Virus record (IMG/VR): IMGVR_UViG_3300001269_000001
Location: 1-64,000 of that record
DNA length: 64,000 bases
Source of the DNA: a virus
Direction: 5' to 3' (one strand)
In this document: piece after piece, positions 32,764 through 42,806 of the stretch
Layout: each line of letters starts with the position of its first letter
How positions within the stretch are numbered: the first letter of the stretch is position 1
Notes under the pieces: model-generated
The model's database searches: none
What the model was told of the DNA's origin: nothing
The model's input: only the letters and a program-made list of their open reading frames with translations
Program-made: the position numbers and the translations under genes

Positions 32764-34361
32764 TGCATCAAGATGATTTTAATTTTCACGTACCTATTGA
32801 GATTGAAAAAGGTGGTGATTCAAAAGAAATGAGGATTAAGGGTATTGCCTCAACTGTTAAAAAAGACAGTGATAAGGAGGTTCTTATACCAAAAGGTTTT
32901 GACCTTAACTTTTTTAAAAGCAGTGGGTTCTTAAACTGGAACCACTTATCTGGAAAAGACCCTAGTGCAATAATTGGAGAGCCTACCGATGCTAAAATAA
33001 CAGAAAACAACGAGCTTTACATTGAAGGGATTCTCTATCCAGAAAGTGCAAAGGCTAAAGAGGTTTGGAGTCTTGCAAAGTCCCTTGAAGGTTCTTTGAG
33101 TAGAAACCTTGGATTTTCTATTGAAGGAAAAGTTATTGAAAGAGATCCCAATGACAAAAACAAGATAACAAAGGCCATGATTACTGGCTGTGCAATCACA
33201 CCGTCCCCTAAAAACCCGGGTACACTTCTTGAGATTGTAAAAGGTGACTACACACATTCTGACCCAATTTTTGATACTGAAAAATCAGAAGATCCAAATG
33301 GAGGTAAAATAGAGGAGTATATTATAGACATAACTGATGATAGTGGAGTTAGGAGGACTGTAGATAAAAACCTAAACATAAAGGTTATAAAGATGGATAC
33401 TACAGCAACAGCCCCCTTAATGATGGAGTCAGTTGAAGGTCATACAAAAAATAAAGTTAAAAAGCAAGAATTTTTTCAAAAAAATGAAGGTAGGCTGTCA
33501 AAATCAGAAATGTTTACTGAAATATTAAGTATATTTGAAATTGACGACGTAGAGAAAGGTGTAATGCTTCTCTCATTAATGGATAGTGTTGAATCAAAAA
33601 ATAATAATGATAACAAAATGAATAGTTACTCACAAGATACTATAAAAAAGGCTTTGGAAATCTTGAAGCTGGCTGAGGGTGTTGATTTTAAAAAAGGAGA
33701 CCTTCCAGAAGGTGAAGAAGCAGACAAGAAAGAGGCTGTTAAAAAGGATGAAAAACCAAAAGAAACCCCTAGTGAGGATTCTGTTGAAAAGATGAAAGAG
33801 GACTATGACTCTTACATGAAAAAGGCAGAAAGCCTTAAATTTAAGATTGAAAATTCACAGGCTAGTGAAGAAACTCAAGGAGGTAAGATCACTACTATCA
33901 AAAAGGGTGAAGAGATTACATCAGTTTTGGGCGAACTTGTTGGTGAAATTAAGTCACTTAAAGATGACTTAAAGAAAGGTAACGAACCCAGCACTCCTGT
34001 AGAGAATGTTGAGCCAGACAAGAGTGGTGATGAGATAAAAAAGGCTATTGCACTCCTTACTGGTGAGATATCGAAACTAAAAGACGAACCTCTACTCCCT
34101 AGAAGTGTTAGTGTAAATGGTTACACTGAGCGTTTTGAAAAAGGAAATGGTAATGACACCCGCTCTAAAATGTCTATTAGAGGTGATAAAAAAGCTTTGG
34201 TTGACAAGCTTTATGATATGTCAGGGCTTGAAAAGGGTGAAAATGTCAACCAAACACTTGTTAGAGGCGCTCAAAACCTAGAATTTGCAGGTAACTTTGG
34301 GAACCTGCAAGACACAATACTCAAGTCTTTAGAGGCTGAGAATATTTTTGTAACTGACTAG
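32763..34361 (+). CDS. Prohead protease (HK97/S78-like) fused to an acidic scaffold-like C-terminal region
   Basis: MRIKGIASTV..D.EVL, LNWNH, LGFSIEG and ITGCAITPSPKNPGT. The C-terminal half is rich in K, E and D and looks helical. It lies just upstream of the capsid gene. Confidence 0.8.
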   Translation: MHQDDFNFHVPIEIEKGGDSKEMRIKGIASTVKKDSDKEVLIPKGFDLNFFKSSGFLNWNHLSGKDPSAIIGEPTDAKITENNELYIEGILYPESAKAKEVWSLAKSLEGSLSRNLGFSIEGKVIERDPNDKNKITKAMITGCAITPSPKNPGTLLEIVKGDYTHSDPIFDTEKSEDPNGGKIEEYIIDITDDSGVRRTVDKNLNIKVIKMDTTATAPLMMESVEGHTKNKVKKQEFFQKNEGRLSKSEMFTEILSIFEIDDVEKGVMLLSLMDSVESKNNNDNKMNSYSQDTIKKALEILKLAEGVDFKKGDLPEGEEADKKEAVKKDEKPKETPSEDSVEKMKEDYDSYMKKAESLKFKIENSQASEETQGGKITTIKKGEEITSVLGELVGEIKSLKDDLKKGNEPSTPVENVEPDKSGDEIKKAIALLTGEISKLKDEPLLPRSVSVNGYTERFEKGNGNDTRSKMSIRGDKKALVDKLYDMSGLEKGENVNQTLVRGAQNLEFAGNFGNLQDTILKSLEAENIFVTD

Positions 34362-34376
34362 AAAATACTTTAAAAT

Positions 34377-35882
34377 ATGAGTTCAATAAATAGTGATGCC
34401 ACCAACTATGATGGCTATGGCGACTCTAGGGCCGCCAATGAATTGATAAAGGCCATCTCTGCTGGTCAAATTACTGGTAGGGACACTGCAAACCAAATAC
34501 TTGGTGGTGAGCCTTTGAAGATGGAAAGTGTGGAGAGGGTTCTTAAGAACCTTGAGTTTAGAATGAAAGACATCAAGCTTTGGAATGGTATTCCAAAAGC
34601 GCCAACAACCAACACTGTTGATGAGTTTTTACAACTTAACAGCTATGGTTCTAACCGTGGTGGCTTTTACGATGAAGGGGAACTTTCTGATACGGAGGAT
34701 TTTGAGACTATCCGTAGGTCTGAGCAAGTTAAGTATATACAGGTTACTGGTGAAGTTACATTGCAGTCTCAGATGACAAGGAATTTTGCTGATGTAATGA
34801 GGCTTGCTGTTGATTCTAAGGCAATGTGGATACTTAGAAAGACCAACGAGTCATTAGTTAAGGCAGATAGTAGCATTGTAACTCAAGAGTTTAATGGACT
34901 ATATAAGCAACATCAAGCGATTGGTTCTGAAAATGCAGATATTTATTCTTCTTTAAACGACTGGCAGGACTCTTCTTCTGTAATAGACTTAAGGGGTGGG
35001 TCTCTTACACAAAATGATCTTGAAGATGCGTCTGTAAATGTTGACGAGGCTTTTGGAAGTGTGTCTCATGTTTACGCACCACCTACTGCAATTTCAGGCC
35101 TATCTAAGAGCTACTTTGAGGTTCAAAGGATTCTTCAAGGAGGCAGTTCTTTCAACGGAACTATTGGAACCACTCCTAAATCGATCGGAACTTCTTTTGG
35201 GGACATAGGTTTGATGACGGACAAATCCATGAAACGTGATCCTGCTAAAAAATTAAGCACCACAGCAACATCTCTTAAAGCACCAAATGCACCTGTTGCA
35301 AGTGCTGTGAATGTTGTTGCTTCTGATCCTTCTAGTCGTTATGCGGCCTCTGATGTTACTAGTGCAACAACTCAAGGTACTTGTTTCTATGCAGTAAGCT
35401 CAATAAACAAGTATGGTGAATCAGCACTTACAGTGATGCCTGATGCAACTACAGCAACAACTGTGGCGGCAGGTAGTTCTGTTGACCTTACCTTTACGGA
35501 TGGTGGTGGAGCAACACCAGCAACTGGGTATGTAATCTATAGAAGTTTAACAACCGCTGCTGCCAATGCAAGCACTGGGGATGTTACTTTTTACCCTATA
35601 TTTAAAGCAAGTAAGGCTAATTTAATCAATGGTTATGATGGCGCTGCTGCTGGTAGTATCCGTGACAGAGGTAGGTTCTTACCCAATACAGAAGATGGAT
35701 TTGTTAGTGAGATGAGTGAGGATGTTATGTCATTTAAGCAGCTTGCACCTATGTCAAAACTTGACCTAGCAGTTCAATCAACCTCTAAAAGGTTTATCAT
35801 GTACTTATATGGGACCCCTCAACTTTACGCACCTCGTAAAATGGTTAGGTTTATAAATATTGGGCCTTACGTGGCCAGTTAG
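34377..35882 (+). CDS. Major capsid protein
   Basis: 501 aa, directly after the protease-scaffold gene and followed by a strong terminator. Confidence 0.7.
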   Translation: MSSINSDATNYDGYGDSRAANELIKAISAGQITGRDTANQILGGEPLKMESVERVLKNLEFRMKDIKLWNGIPKAPTTNTVDEFLQLNSYGSNRGGFYDEGELSDTEDFETIRRSEQVKYIQVTGEVTLQSQMTRNFADVMRLAVDSKAMWILRKTNESLVKADSSIVTQEFNGLYKQHQAIGSENADIYSSLNDWQDSSSVIDLRGGSLTQNDLEDASVNVDEAFGSVSHVYAPPTAISGLSKSYFEVQRILQGGSSFNGTIGTTPKSIGTSFGDIGLMTDKSMKRDPAKKLSTTATSLKAPNAPVASAVNVVASDPSSRYAASDVTSATTQGTCFYAVSSINKYGESALTVMPDATTATTVAAGSSVDLTFTDGGGATPATGYVIYRSLTTAAANASTGDVTFYPIFKASKANLINGYDGAAAGSIRDRGRFLPNTEDGFVSEMSEDVMSFKQLAPMSKLDLAVQSTSKRFIMYLYGTPQLYAPRKMVRFINIGPYVAS

Positions 35883-35910
35883 TCAAAGTTTATTATTTAT
35901 TGTTACGTTT

Positions 35911-35946
35911 ATAGGGCGGGAGGAGACTCCTGTCCTATTTTTTTTG
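35911..35946 (+). terminator. Intrinsic terminator after the capsid gene
   Basis: ATAGGGCGGGA-GGAGAC-TCCTGTCCTAT forms an 11-bp stem (two G-U pairs) followed by a T8 run. Confidence 0.75.
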
Positions 35947-35955
35947 TATATTTAC
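35944..35955 (+). promoter_or_regulatory. Late-class promoter-like motif variant TTGTATATTTAC
   Basis: It directly follows the terminator T-run and lies 38 nt before ATG 35994. It lacks the A of TAGTAT. Confidence 0.3.
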
Positions 35956-35993
35956 AATGCACGTAACAATTTAAAACAAAAAAAACAAATATT

Positions 35994-36416
35994 ATGAGTA
36001 AAAATTTTTTCTTAAAGCAAGAAGATTTTGCTGGAAGGGTTATTTTACTTCCCTTTTCTGGTAAAACCTCTTTTGACAGTGAAGGCAAGGCCCTTGTGAA
36101 GAGTGAAGAGATTGGTTCTGAAACTGTAAGGGCAACTCAAGGTTTATTTAACCTTGAGTTAGTTTCAGTTGAATCTGATGGTAAAGAGGTATCTGTAGGC
36201 GTTGATGTTGATGACACTACTGATGTGGATGAAGGGCCTTCCGTAGAGGACGTTATTGAAACCTTAGAGAACAAAGCAACAAGTGTTAACCAGCTTAGGC
36301 AGTTTGCAGCTAACTACTTTAAGGACAAGAAAGTTGAAGATTCTGAGTGGGAAAAGCTAAAGAAGGCTGAGCTTTCAGAGTTCTTAGTTTCAAAGGTTAA
36401 AGAATTTTCTAAATAA
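35994..36416 (+). CDS. Acidic hypothetical head-module protein
   Basis: 140-aa ORF after the capsid gene. Confidence 0.6.
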   Translation: MSKNFFLKQEDFAGRVILLPFSGKTSFDSEGKALVKSEEIGSETVRATQGLFNLELVSVESDGKEVSVGVDVDDTTDVDEGPSVEDVIETLENKATSVNQLRQFAANYFKDKKVEDSEWEKLKKAELSEFLVSKVKEFSK

Positions 36417-36425
36417 ACATCCAAT

Positions 36426-37220
36426 ATGCCATCTGCTGAACTTTCAATAAGGTATTCTAAGAACTCTTCACTGATAATGTCTCCTGAGGATTTGAAGGGC
36501 AGGTATTTATTTGGAATTCCCCTTGAAGATTCTGATGGGAATAAGATACCCGACGAGAATATAAACTTCTATATAGAGGCCGCTCAGAAGGAGGTTGAGA
36601 ACTATCTTTCGATAAAGTTCAACAAGCAGGCATATAAGGAGAGTGGAGACTTTCAGTATAATAACTGGGTTGAGTGGGGTTTTATACCTACAATGTACCC
36701 AGTTCATGAACCTGTTAGTCTCCAAGGTTTTCTTAACTCATCATTGCAGATAGACTTTCCTGCTGGTTGGCTATCTCACAAAACACAATCTGCTGACAAA
36801 GACTTATATCATAGGCAGATGAGTTTAGTACCATTGACCGGAACTGTTAACTCACTAAGTAATAGTGTTGTTTATACAGGTATATCCCCACATATTGGTT
36901 ACTTTGGGGGTTCTCACATACCCAACTATTGGGAAATAACATATATAACAGGTTTTGACACCCCACCAGCGGACTTAATTAATATTGTAGGCAAGCTGGC
37001 TTCAATAAACTTGTTCCACATATTAGGGGATTTAATCGTAGGTGCTGGTATAGCATCCAAATCTATAAGTGCTGATGGGTTGAGCCAGACCATTAACACT
37101 ACATCTTCGGCCACCAATAGTGGTTATGGAGCTAGAGTTCTGGCATATACTAAGGAAATTGAAAAAGCCCTTGCTTTAGCTAAGGCAAGGTATACAGGGA
37201 TAACATTTGCAACTGCATGA
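36426..37220 (+). CDS. Hypothetical structural protein (head-tail joining region)
   Basis: 264-aa ORF. The call rests on position only. Confidence 0.6.
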   Translation: MPSAELSIRYSKNSSLIMSPEDLKGRYLFGIPLEDSDGNKIPDENINFYIEAAQKEVENYLSIKFNKQAYKESGDFQYNNWVEWGFIPTMYPVHEPVSLQGFLNSSLQIDFPAGWLSHKTQSADKDLYHRQMSLVPLTGTVNSLSNSVVYTGISPHIGYFGGSHIPNYWEITYITGFDTPPADLINIVGKLASINLFHILGDLIVGAGIASKSISADGLSQTINTTSSATNSGYGARVLAYTKEIEKALALAKARYTGITFATA

Positions 37221-38161
37221 CAAGGATTTCTGATAAGTTTATACGTAATTACACACCGGTTTCAGGTAAATCAGTTCTTCCTGATTTTGACCGAAGTGAG
37301 TTTGACTTTACACTTAGGGATAAAGGCTACTCTGTAATTTATGAAAAGGCTTATAGGTGTCCATGTTCTACATCAGGAAATGATCATTTAGATACTTGCA
37401 AAAATTGTGGTGGAACTGGTTGGTTCTGGGCAAATCCGGTTCAAACAAGGATGGTTTTAACATCTATAAATTCTGAAAAGAGGTATGAAGAGTATGGGAG
37501 AGATGATGTTGGTATGGTTAATGTCACATCATACGAGTTTGATAAGCTGTCTAGAATGGATAGGATTGTGGTTAATGATGCTACAACGGAGCATAACGAA
37601 GTTATTTTTCCAGTTACTTTACAGGATGGTTCTGGCATGTTCTGTTATACAAAGTACAATATCAAGTATATTGAAAGTATAATGATGTTTGATGGTGCTG
37701 AGAATAAGCTTATAAAGTGGTCTGAGTTTGACGACTATTCATTTAGGTCTAATGTATTGACAATACCAAATGTTTTTGAGGGAGATGTTTCTTTGTCAAT
37801 AAGGTATGGGCATAGCCCTACATACTATATATGGGATATTGGTAGGGATTCCATGGTCACTAGACTTAGTGAGGGTGGTGCTGATACACCAATACAGATG
37901 CCTATAAATGCTGTAGCTAAAAGGGCACATTTAGTTAAAGATAGTGAGAACTTTTCAGGAGATAGGCTTTTTGACAACTCTTGGATAAAAGATAATTGTA
38001 TCGTGGGTAAAATTGAAGGTATAACTGACTTTGAACGATCAATAAAATATAGGGGTGTTCAAGACATTTTTGATGCATTGACAGATGATCAGAAAAATGA
38101 AATTTCTAATCTTTTAAAGGAGAATGATTTTCCTTTTACATTACCATTTAAACTAACATAA
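37217..38161 (+). CDS. Hypothetical structural protein with a CxC..CxxCxGxG zinc motif
   Basis: CPCSTSGNDHLDTCKNCGGTGWFW. It overlaps the upstream stop by 4 nt. Confidence 0.6.
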   Translation: MTRISDKFIRNYTPVSGKSVLPDFDRSEFDFTLRDKGYSVIYEKAYRCPCSTSGNDHLDTCKNCGGTGWFWANPVQTRMVLTSINSEKRYEEYGRDDVGMVNVTSYEFDKLSRMDRIVVNDATTEHNEVIFPVTLQDGSGMFCYTKYNIKYIESIMMFDGAENKLIKWSEFDDYSFRSNVLTIPNVFEGDVSLSIRYGHSPTYYIWDIGRDSMVTRLSEGGADTPIQMPINAVAKRAHLVKDSENFSGDRLFDNSWIKDNCIVGKIEGITDFERSIKYRGVQDIFDALTDDQKNEISNLLKENDFPFTLPFKLT

Positions 38162-38163
38162 AT

Positions 38164-38532
38164 ATGCCATCTATAACTTATGGAAATAAGTCGGATGGGG
38201 ATACTTTCACATCCTCAGACGCTAATGAAATAAAGAATGTTGTTAATGCAAAAGGTGACGGTATTACAACCAGAACTTTTGTAAATACATTAACCTTCAA
38301 CACAAACTTTAGGATGGTTTCCACCCAAGTTGGAGATATTAACTTTACAGTTACATCAGGTGGAAATGTGGATGGCGTTACTGGAAAGATAGTTCTTACT
38401 GGTGACAGTACTGGTACAGTAACATTTCCATCTAGCTGGGTGAGTAAGAATGGAGTTGATTTTGACAACACAAAAGTTAATATTATTGAACTTGAGTATG
38501 AGTCAAACGTTTTTTATAGCGTTTTTAATTGA
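38164..38532 (+). CDS. Hypothetical structural protein
   Basis: 122-aa ORF. Confidence 0.55.
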   Translation: MPSITYGNKSDGDTFTSSDANEIKNVVNAKGDGITTRTFVNTLTFNTNFRMVSTQVGDINFTVTSGGNVDGVTGKIVLTGDSTGTVTFPSSWVSKNGVDFDNTKVNIIELEYESNVFYSVFN

Positions 38533-38538
38533 TTTAAA

Positions 38539-39324
38539 GTGATTCAAATATTTATAGACATATCATCAATGCTTGACGATGTGACCTTATCAGAGGGTCA
38601 GGTTGACAGCTTAATAAACAATACCGTAGACTCTGTTGCTCAACAGTTTTCAGAGCAGTGGAAGGATAGTGCTTTAAAGCAGTTGGGATCAACAAGTGAT
38701 GTGTATATAAATAGTATTGAAGTTGACTCAAGTGGTTCTGGTAAAGCCACAGTGTCCTTAAATGGTTGGTTGCCAAATGCTATAGAGTCTGGTAATCCAC
38801 CTTTCGACATGAAGTCTTCACTTTTGTCTGGGCCAAGTGCTAAGACAGGAAAAGACGGTACTAAATACAACACAGTTCCTTTTGGTTTTAAGACCCCTAA
38901 CAGAGGGTCTAAGGGAGAAACTTCACTTCCAAGGTCTGTATATGATGTTGTAAGAGTTAAGCCAGCTAACATCCCCGTAGGATCTTCTGGTAAGGTAAGG
39001 TCTAGTGGACTTAGGCCGGAAGAGATACCTTCAAATTTTAGAGAGCCTAAAGCAGTATCACTCCCACCAATGAGTGGTGGTTCAAGAACTTATGAGCATA
39101 AAAGCTCAATATATGAGGGTGTGCATAAGGTTAAAGAACCAAGCTCTTCTAGAAGTGAGTACACCTCTTTTAGAAGGGTTTCTGAGAAATCTGACCCAGA
39201 TAGTTTTATACACCCCGGGTTTAAGAAGTCAGACATTGGCCAAAATGTTTATGACTCCTTTGATTTGGACAAGAAAATTGGCGAGTCTGTAAATAGTTTT
39301 TTAAGTGAATTTGGGTTGATATGA
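38539..39324 (+). CDS. Hypothetical structural protein
   Basis: 261-aa ORF. The track start is a GTG, and the first ATG is 10 codons downstream. Confidence 0.55.
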   Translation: MIQIFIDISSMLDDVTLSEGQVDSLINNTVDSVAQQFSEQWKDSALKQLGSTSDVYINSIEVDSSGSGKATVSLNGWLPNAIESGNPPFDMKSSLLSGPSAKTGKDGTKYNTVPFGFKTPNRGSKGETSLPRSVYDVVRVKPANIPVGSSGKVRSSGLRPEEIPSNFREPKAVSLPPMSGGSRTYEHKSSIYEGVHKVKEPSSSRSEYTSFRRVSEKSDPDSFIHPGFKKSDIGQNVYDSFDLDKKIGESVNSFLSEFGLI

Positions 39325-39998
39325 ACTTTGACAATAACAATTTTATAGTGCCTGATATAGTTCTATTCGAGGTTCTTAACAAATCTCTTGATTTTTTAAG
39401 GATTGATTATGAAACTTACAAAAGCACACCAGCTAGGTCTTACTTAAATCAAATATTCAAATCACTAAACCTAGGGAAGTATATAATGTTTGATGAAGCC
39501 GTTAGTTTAATATCGAACAACAAGGAGTCAACCCCATATGTGTTGAAGGTTTCAACAGCATATGATCCACAGAGTAGTTCAAGGCCTCAAATACATATTT
39601 CAATGCCTTCTGAGTCAAACTCTGGCGATGGTATTGGTATGGATGAAGGGTATCGTGAGGAATTGGTTATAGGGGATGACTCTTATAAAAGTATATATAC
39701 AAGGCGTTTTGCAGCAACATACCAGCTTGTAATAACAACTGACAATAAAAACTCAGTCCTTTGCTTATATCACATAATAAGGGCTATATTGATATCATCA
39801 CAAACATACCTAGAAACGATAGGTATGCAAAATATAAAATTTGGTGGGTCTGACCTGTCACTTAGACCTGACATTGCTGATAGAACCTTTATAAGGTCTC
39901 TTTCTGTCTATGTTGAGTATGACACGTCTGTTCCTGAAAAGTTTGCTTCTGCTATATGTAGAAATATACGTGTTAATTCTATTATAAAAACTGAATAA
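39321..39998 (+). CDS. Hypothetical structural protein
   Basis: 225-aa ORF overlapping the upstream stop by 4 nt. Confidence 0.6.
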   Translation: MNFDNNNFIVPDIVLFEVLNKSLDFLRIDYETYKSTPARSYLNQIFKSLNLGKYIMFDEAVSLISNNKESTPYVLKVSTAYDPQSSSRPQIHISMPSESNSGDGIGMDEGYREELVIGDDSYKSIYTRRFAATYQLVITTDNKNSVLCLYHIIRAILISSQTYLETIGMQNIKFGGSDLSLRPDIADRTFIRSLSVYVEYDTSVPEKFASAICRNIRVNSIIKTE

Positions 39999-39999
39999 A

Positions 40000-40218
40000 A
40001 TGGAAGATAATAAAAAAAATGAAGCTAGTGCAGTAACTAAGGGTAAAGCTGAAAAAGTTGGGACTAATCCTGCTAGCGTTTTAAAACATGACAAGTACTC
40101 TGATATAAAAGGTTTGCAGAAAAGGGATCGAAATGTTATATCTATGATGTTTCCCGACCAAGCTCATACTATTGAAGATTGGGATAAAATGCTTGCCAAC
40201 ATTGTCAATTTCAAATAA
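40000..40218 (+). CDS. Small hypothetical protein
   Basis: 72-aa ORF with an ATG start. Confidence 0.5.
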   Translation: MEDNKKNEASAVTKGKAEKVGTNPASVLKHDKYSDIKGLQKRDRNVISMMFPDQAHTIEDWDKMLANIVNFK

Positions 40219-40232
40219 ATTGACGAATATAT

Positions 40233-40244
40233 TTAGTATATTTA
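40233..40244 (+). promoter_or_regulatory. Late-class promoter-like motif TTAGTATATTTA
   Basis: Lies 23 nt upstream of the sheath start codon. Confidence 0.4.
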
Positions 40245-40267
40245 TAATCAAATAAAACAACAAAGAA

Positions 40268-42232
40268 TTGGCAACGCAATTTATATTCAACAATAAGATA
40301 CAGCAGATACCCGGAGCCTTCTCTGTGGTAAGATCTGGTATCAGGAACCCTGCTCTAGACCTTGATTTTGGCAATGTATTGATTATTGATGCAGGTGGAG
40401 GTAATGGAAATCAGTATGGTGGCGGTCGTGGCATTACATCAAACGTGGATAGCTTGTATGACCCATTTTACACATTCGACAACTCAAGGGACTTTCAAAC
40501 ACATGTACATGGTGGCGCTAACTATGTAATGGGTGAAATTTTATTTAACCCCGGTGGTGGTGCTGTAAATGGATCGTCTTCCGTTACATATGTAAGAGCT
40601 GCAAGCACTACAGCGCCTGTAATTAATATGAGCTTTGATGCAGGTGCTAATGGAGGATCTATAGGTATAACTTGCAACAATGAGGGTTATGTAGGTAATG
40701 GTGTTGAAGTTGATGAAACAAGGGCTGTATCTGTTTTAAGTGTAAGTAGTAGTCCAGCAACTGGCGACACTTTAAGTGTATTGTTTGATGGTGTTGTTGT
40801 AGGTACTTACACTGCTGCATCAGGTGATGATACAAATGACGCGGCTACTGGTGTGGCTGCTGCAATAAATGAGGTTGGCATACTATCAGCAACCTCCACA
40901 ACCAATACAGTTAGTATAGCTGCATTACGTGGTAAAGGAGCTTCAGCGAACACTGAGACATTGACTATTGTAAATAATGGGTCTATAGCCTCAACAGCAT
41001 CTGCATTTTCAGGGGGTGTTGATGGGTCTCAACTAACACGTGGCTATGCTGGTAGGCTTTTAGCCGGAACTTCGGACACATCTAAGTACTCATTGTATTT
41101 TTACAAAGGCACTTACAAAGGTAAGGATAGTAAAATATCACTAGATACTGGTGCAGATATAGGTGGTGTTTCAGAGGTTGAATCTGTACCTGAGCTTTTG
41201 GCTAAATCTCCTGAATTCTCAAACTTACAGGAAGCAATTGATTGGATGGAAACAAACCAGTCTTTCAATGATTATTTCACGCTAACCTCATCTGACATTG
41301 TAGGTACAGGTGCTTTAGTTGCAGGTGACCTTACAGCATTAGTTGGGAATAGCTTGGCTGCTGGTGGTAAAGAGGTTTACTCTGTTGCTGAGTTAGATAA
41401 TGTACTAGACTCTATTGACTCTCAAGAGTATGATTTTATCATTCTAGAGGATAGTGGAGATTTAGCTAGGTCTGCTAACAATTTAAGGATTTTCTCATGG
41501 GCAACTACTGAGGCAGTAAATCCTCCAAGTTTAATTGTTGCAGGCGGTACATATTCGGTGGACTTTTCTTCTACAATTACAAATGCTGAGGCTTATAACA
41601 GTGAAAATGTAACACTTGTTCATGGTGGTGTTTTGAGATCAGATACTACAGCTCCAAAAGGCTTTAAAAGATTTAATTCATTATACCACGCCTACTCAAT
41701 TTTGGGTCGTGAATCAGGCTTGGAACCTCAGGTACCTACTACATTTAAGGGTGTTGGGATTGAAGGTTTGGTTCATAAGCTTAAAAATTCAGAGATTGAG
41801 CAAGGCCTTGATTCTGGTGTTTTGATGACTAATAAGTCAGGTAGGTTCTTTGACATCGTAAAAGGTGTTAATACACTTCAAAAAAACGACTTCATTGTAA
41901 ATGAAGATGGTACAACCTCCTCTAAGCAGCTTAAGAGGATTGTGAGGCAGCTAAACAAAGAGATTATAATTAACTCAAAAGAGTCTTTATTGAAAAAGCC
42001 TGATGGCACAAACAGAAACACTTTAGGTGAGGAAGATGTTGCCGCTTGGATTGAAGGTTTTTTATCCTCAAAAGTTGCAGCAATAGCTGATGACGATAAC
42101 TTGATTTTATCATATCAAGACATCGCAGTTACAAGAAACCAAGATGCATATGAGATAACTTATGCTATAGTTCCTAATACTGAGATTAGCTTTTTATTCT
42201 TTACAGGATTTTTAATTGACCCAAATAACTAA
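40268..42232 (+). CDS. Contractile tail sheath protein
   Basis: 654 aa, immediately upstream of a tube-sized gene. N-terminus ..IPGAFSVV resembles the sheath PGVY motif. It starts at a TTG, and the next in-frame ATG lies well downstream (past residue 80). Confidence 0.7.
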   Translation: MATQFIFNNKIQQIPGAFSVVRSGIRNPALDLDFGNVLIIDAGGGNGNQYGGGRGITSNVDSLYDPFYTFDNSRDFQTHVHGGANYVMGEILFNPGGGAVNGSSSVTYVRAASTTAPVINMSFDAGANGGSIGITCNNEGYVGNGVEVDETRAVSVLSVSSSPATGDTLSVLFDGVVVGTYTAASGDDTNDAATGVAAAINEVGILSATSTTNTVSIAALRGKGASANTETLTIVNNGSIASTASAFSGGVDGSQLTRGYAGRLLAGTSDTSKYSLYFYKGTYKGKDSKISLDTGADIGGVSEVESVPELLAKSPEFSNLQEAIDWMETNQSFNDYFTLTSSDIVGTGALVAGDLTALVGNSLAAGGKEVYSVAELDNVLDSIDSQEYDFIILEDSGDLARSANNLRIFSWATTEAVNPPSLIVAGGTYSVDFSSTITNAEAYNSENVTLVHGGVLRSDTTAPKGFKRFNSLYHAYSILGRESGLEPQVPTTFKGVGIEGLVHKLKNSEIEQGLDSGVLMTNKSGRFFDIVKGVNTLQKNDFIVNEDGTTSSKQLKRIVRQLNKEIIINSKESLLKKPDGTNRNTLGEEDVAAWIEGFLSSKVAAIADDDNLILSYQDIAVTRNQDAYEITYAIVPNTEISFLFFTGFLIDPNN

Positions 42233-42237
42233 AAGAT

Positions 42238-42711
42238 ATGTCAAACGTATTAACCGGTGCCCTTGCTATTATTAGAGTGAATGGCACAGCTTTAGGCAAA
42301 ATGAGGAATATTCGTGTTACAGAGAACCAACGTCGGGTTAACGTCAGTGGTCTTGGCACAATATTAACACTTGAAACTCCTGTGGTGGAGTGGACTGGCT
42401 CTCTAACATGTAGTTTCTATGAGATTGATTTTCAGTCTCAGGGTGTTAAGAATGCTATCAGGAGAGATGTTCAAACATCTCAGGATTTTGAGAGAGAGAT
42501 ACTTCTAAATGAAGATGGAATTCAGTTAGATATTTTTAAAAGAGTCAAGGACTTTGTTGGTGACAATGGTGATACTGTTGAGAAAGCAGTTCCTTATGCA
42601 ATAATTAAACGTTGCTTCCCTGACTCAGAGTCGTTCAATATAGATTCAGGTTCGGTTGCAGGTAGAGATCAATCATTTAGATACCTTGATCCAATCATAT
42701 TCCCCTCCTAA
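42238..42711 (+). CDS. Tail tube protein
   Basis: 157 aa, directly after the sheath gene and followed by a terminator. Confidence 0.65.
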   Translation: MSNVLTGALAIIRVNGTALGKMRNIRVTENQRRVNVSGLGTILTLETPVVEWTGSLTCSFYEIDFQSQGVKNAIRRDVQTSQDFEREILLNEDGIQLDIFKRVKDFVGDNGDTVEKAVPYAIIKRCFPDSESFNIDSGSVAGRDQSFRYLDPIIFPS

Positions 42712-42735
42712 TCTTTGAACTGTTTTTTTTTGCCA

Positions 42736-42771
42736 AACAAGGGGGTTCTGTGAATCTCCTTGTTTTTTTTT
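42736..42771 (+). terminator. Intrinsic terminator after the tube gene
   Basis: AACAAGG (42736-42742) pairs with CCTTGTT (42758-42764), followed by a T-run. Confidence 0.6.
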
Positions 42772-42781
42772 AGTATTTTTA
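42770..42781 (+). promoter_or_regulatory. Late-class promoter-like motif TTAGTATTTTTA
   Basis: Directly after the terminator, 25 nt before ATG 42807. Confidence 0.4.
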
Positions 42782-42806
42782 TCAAAACAAACAATAAATA
42801 ATTATT

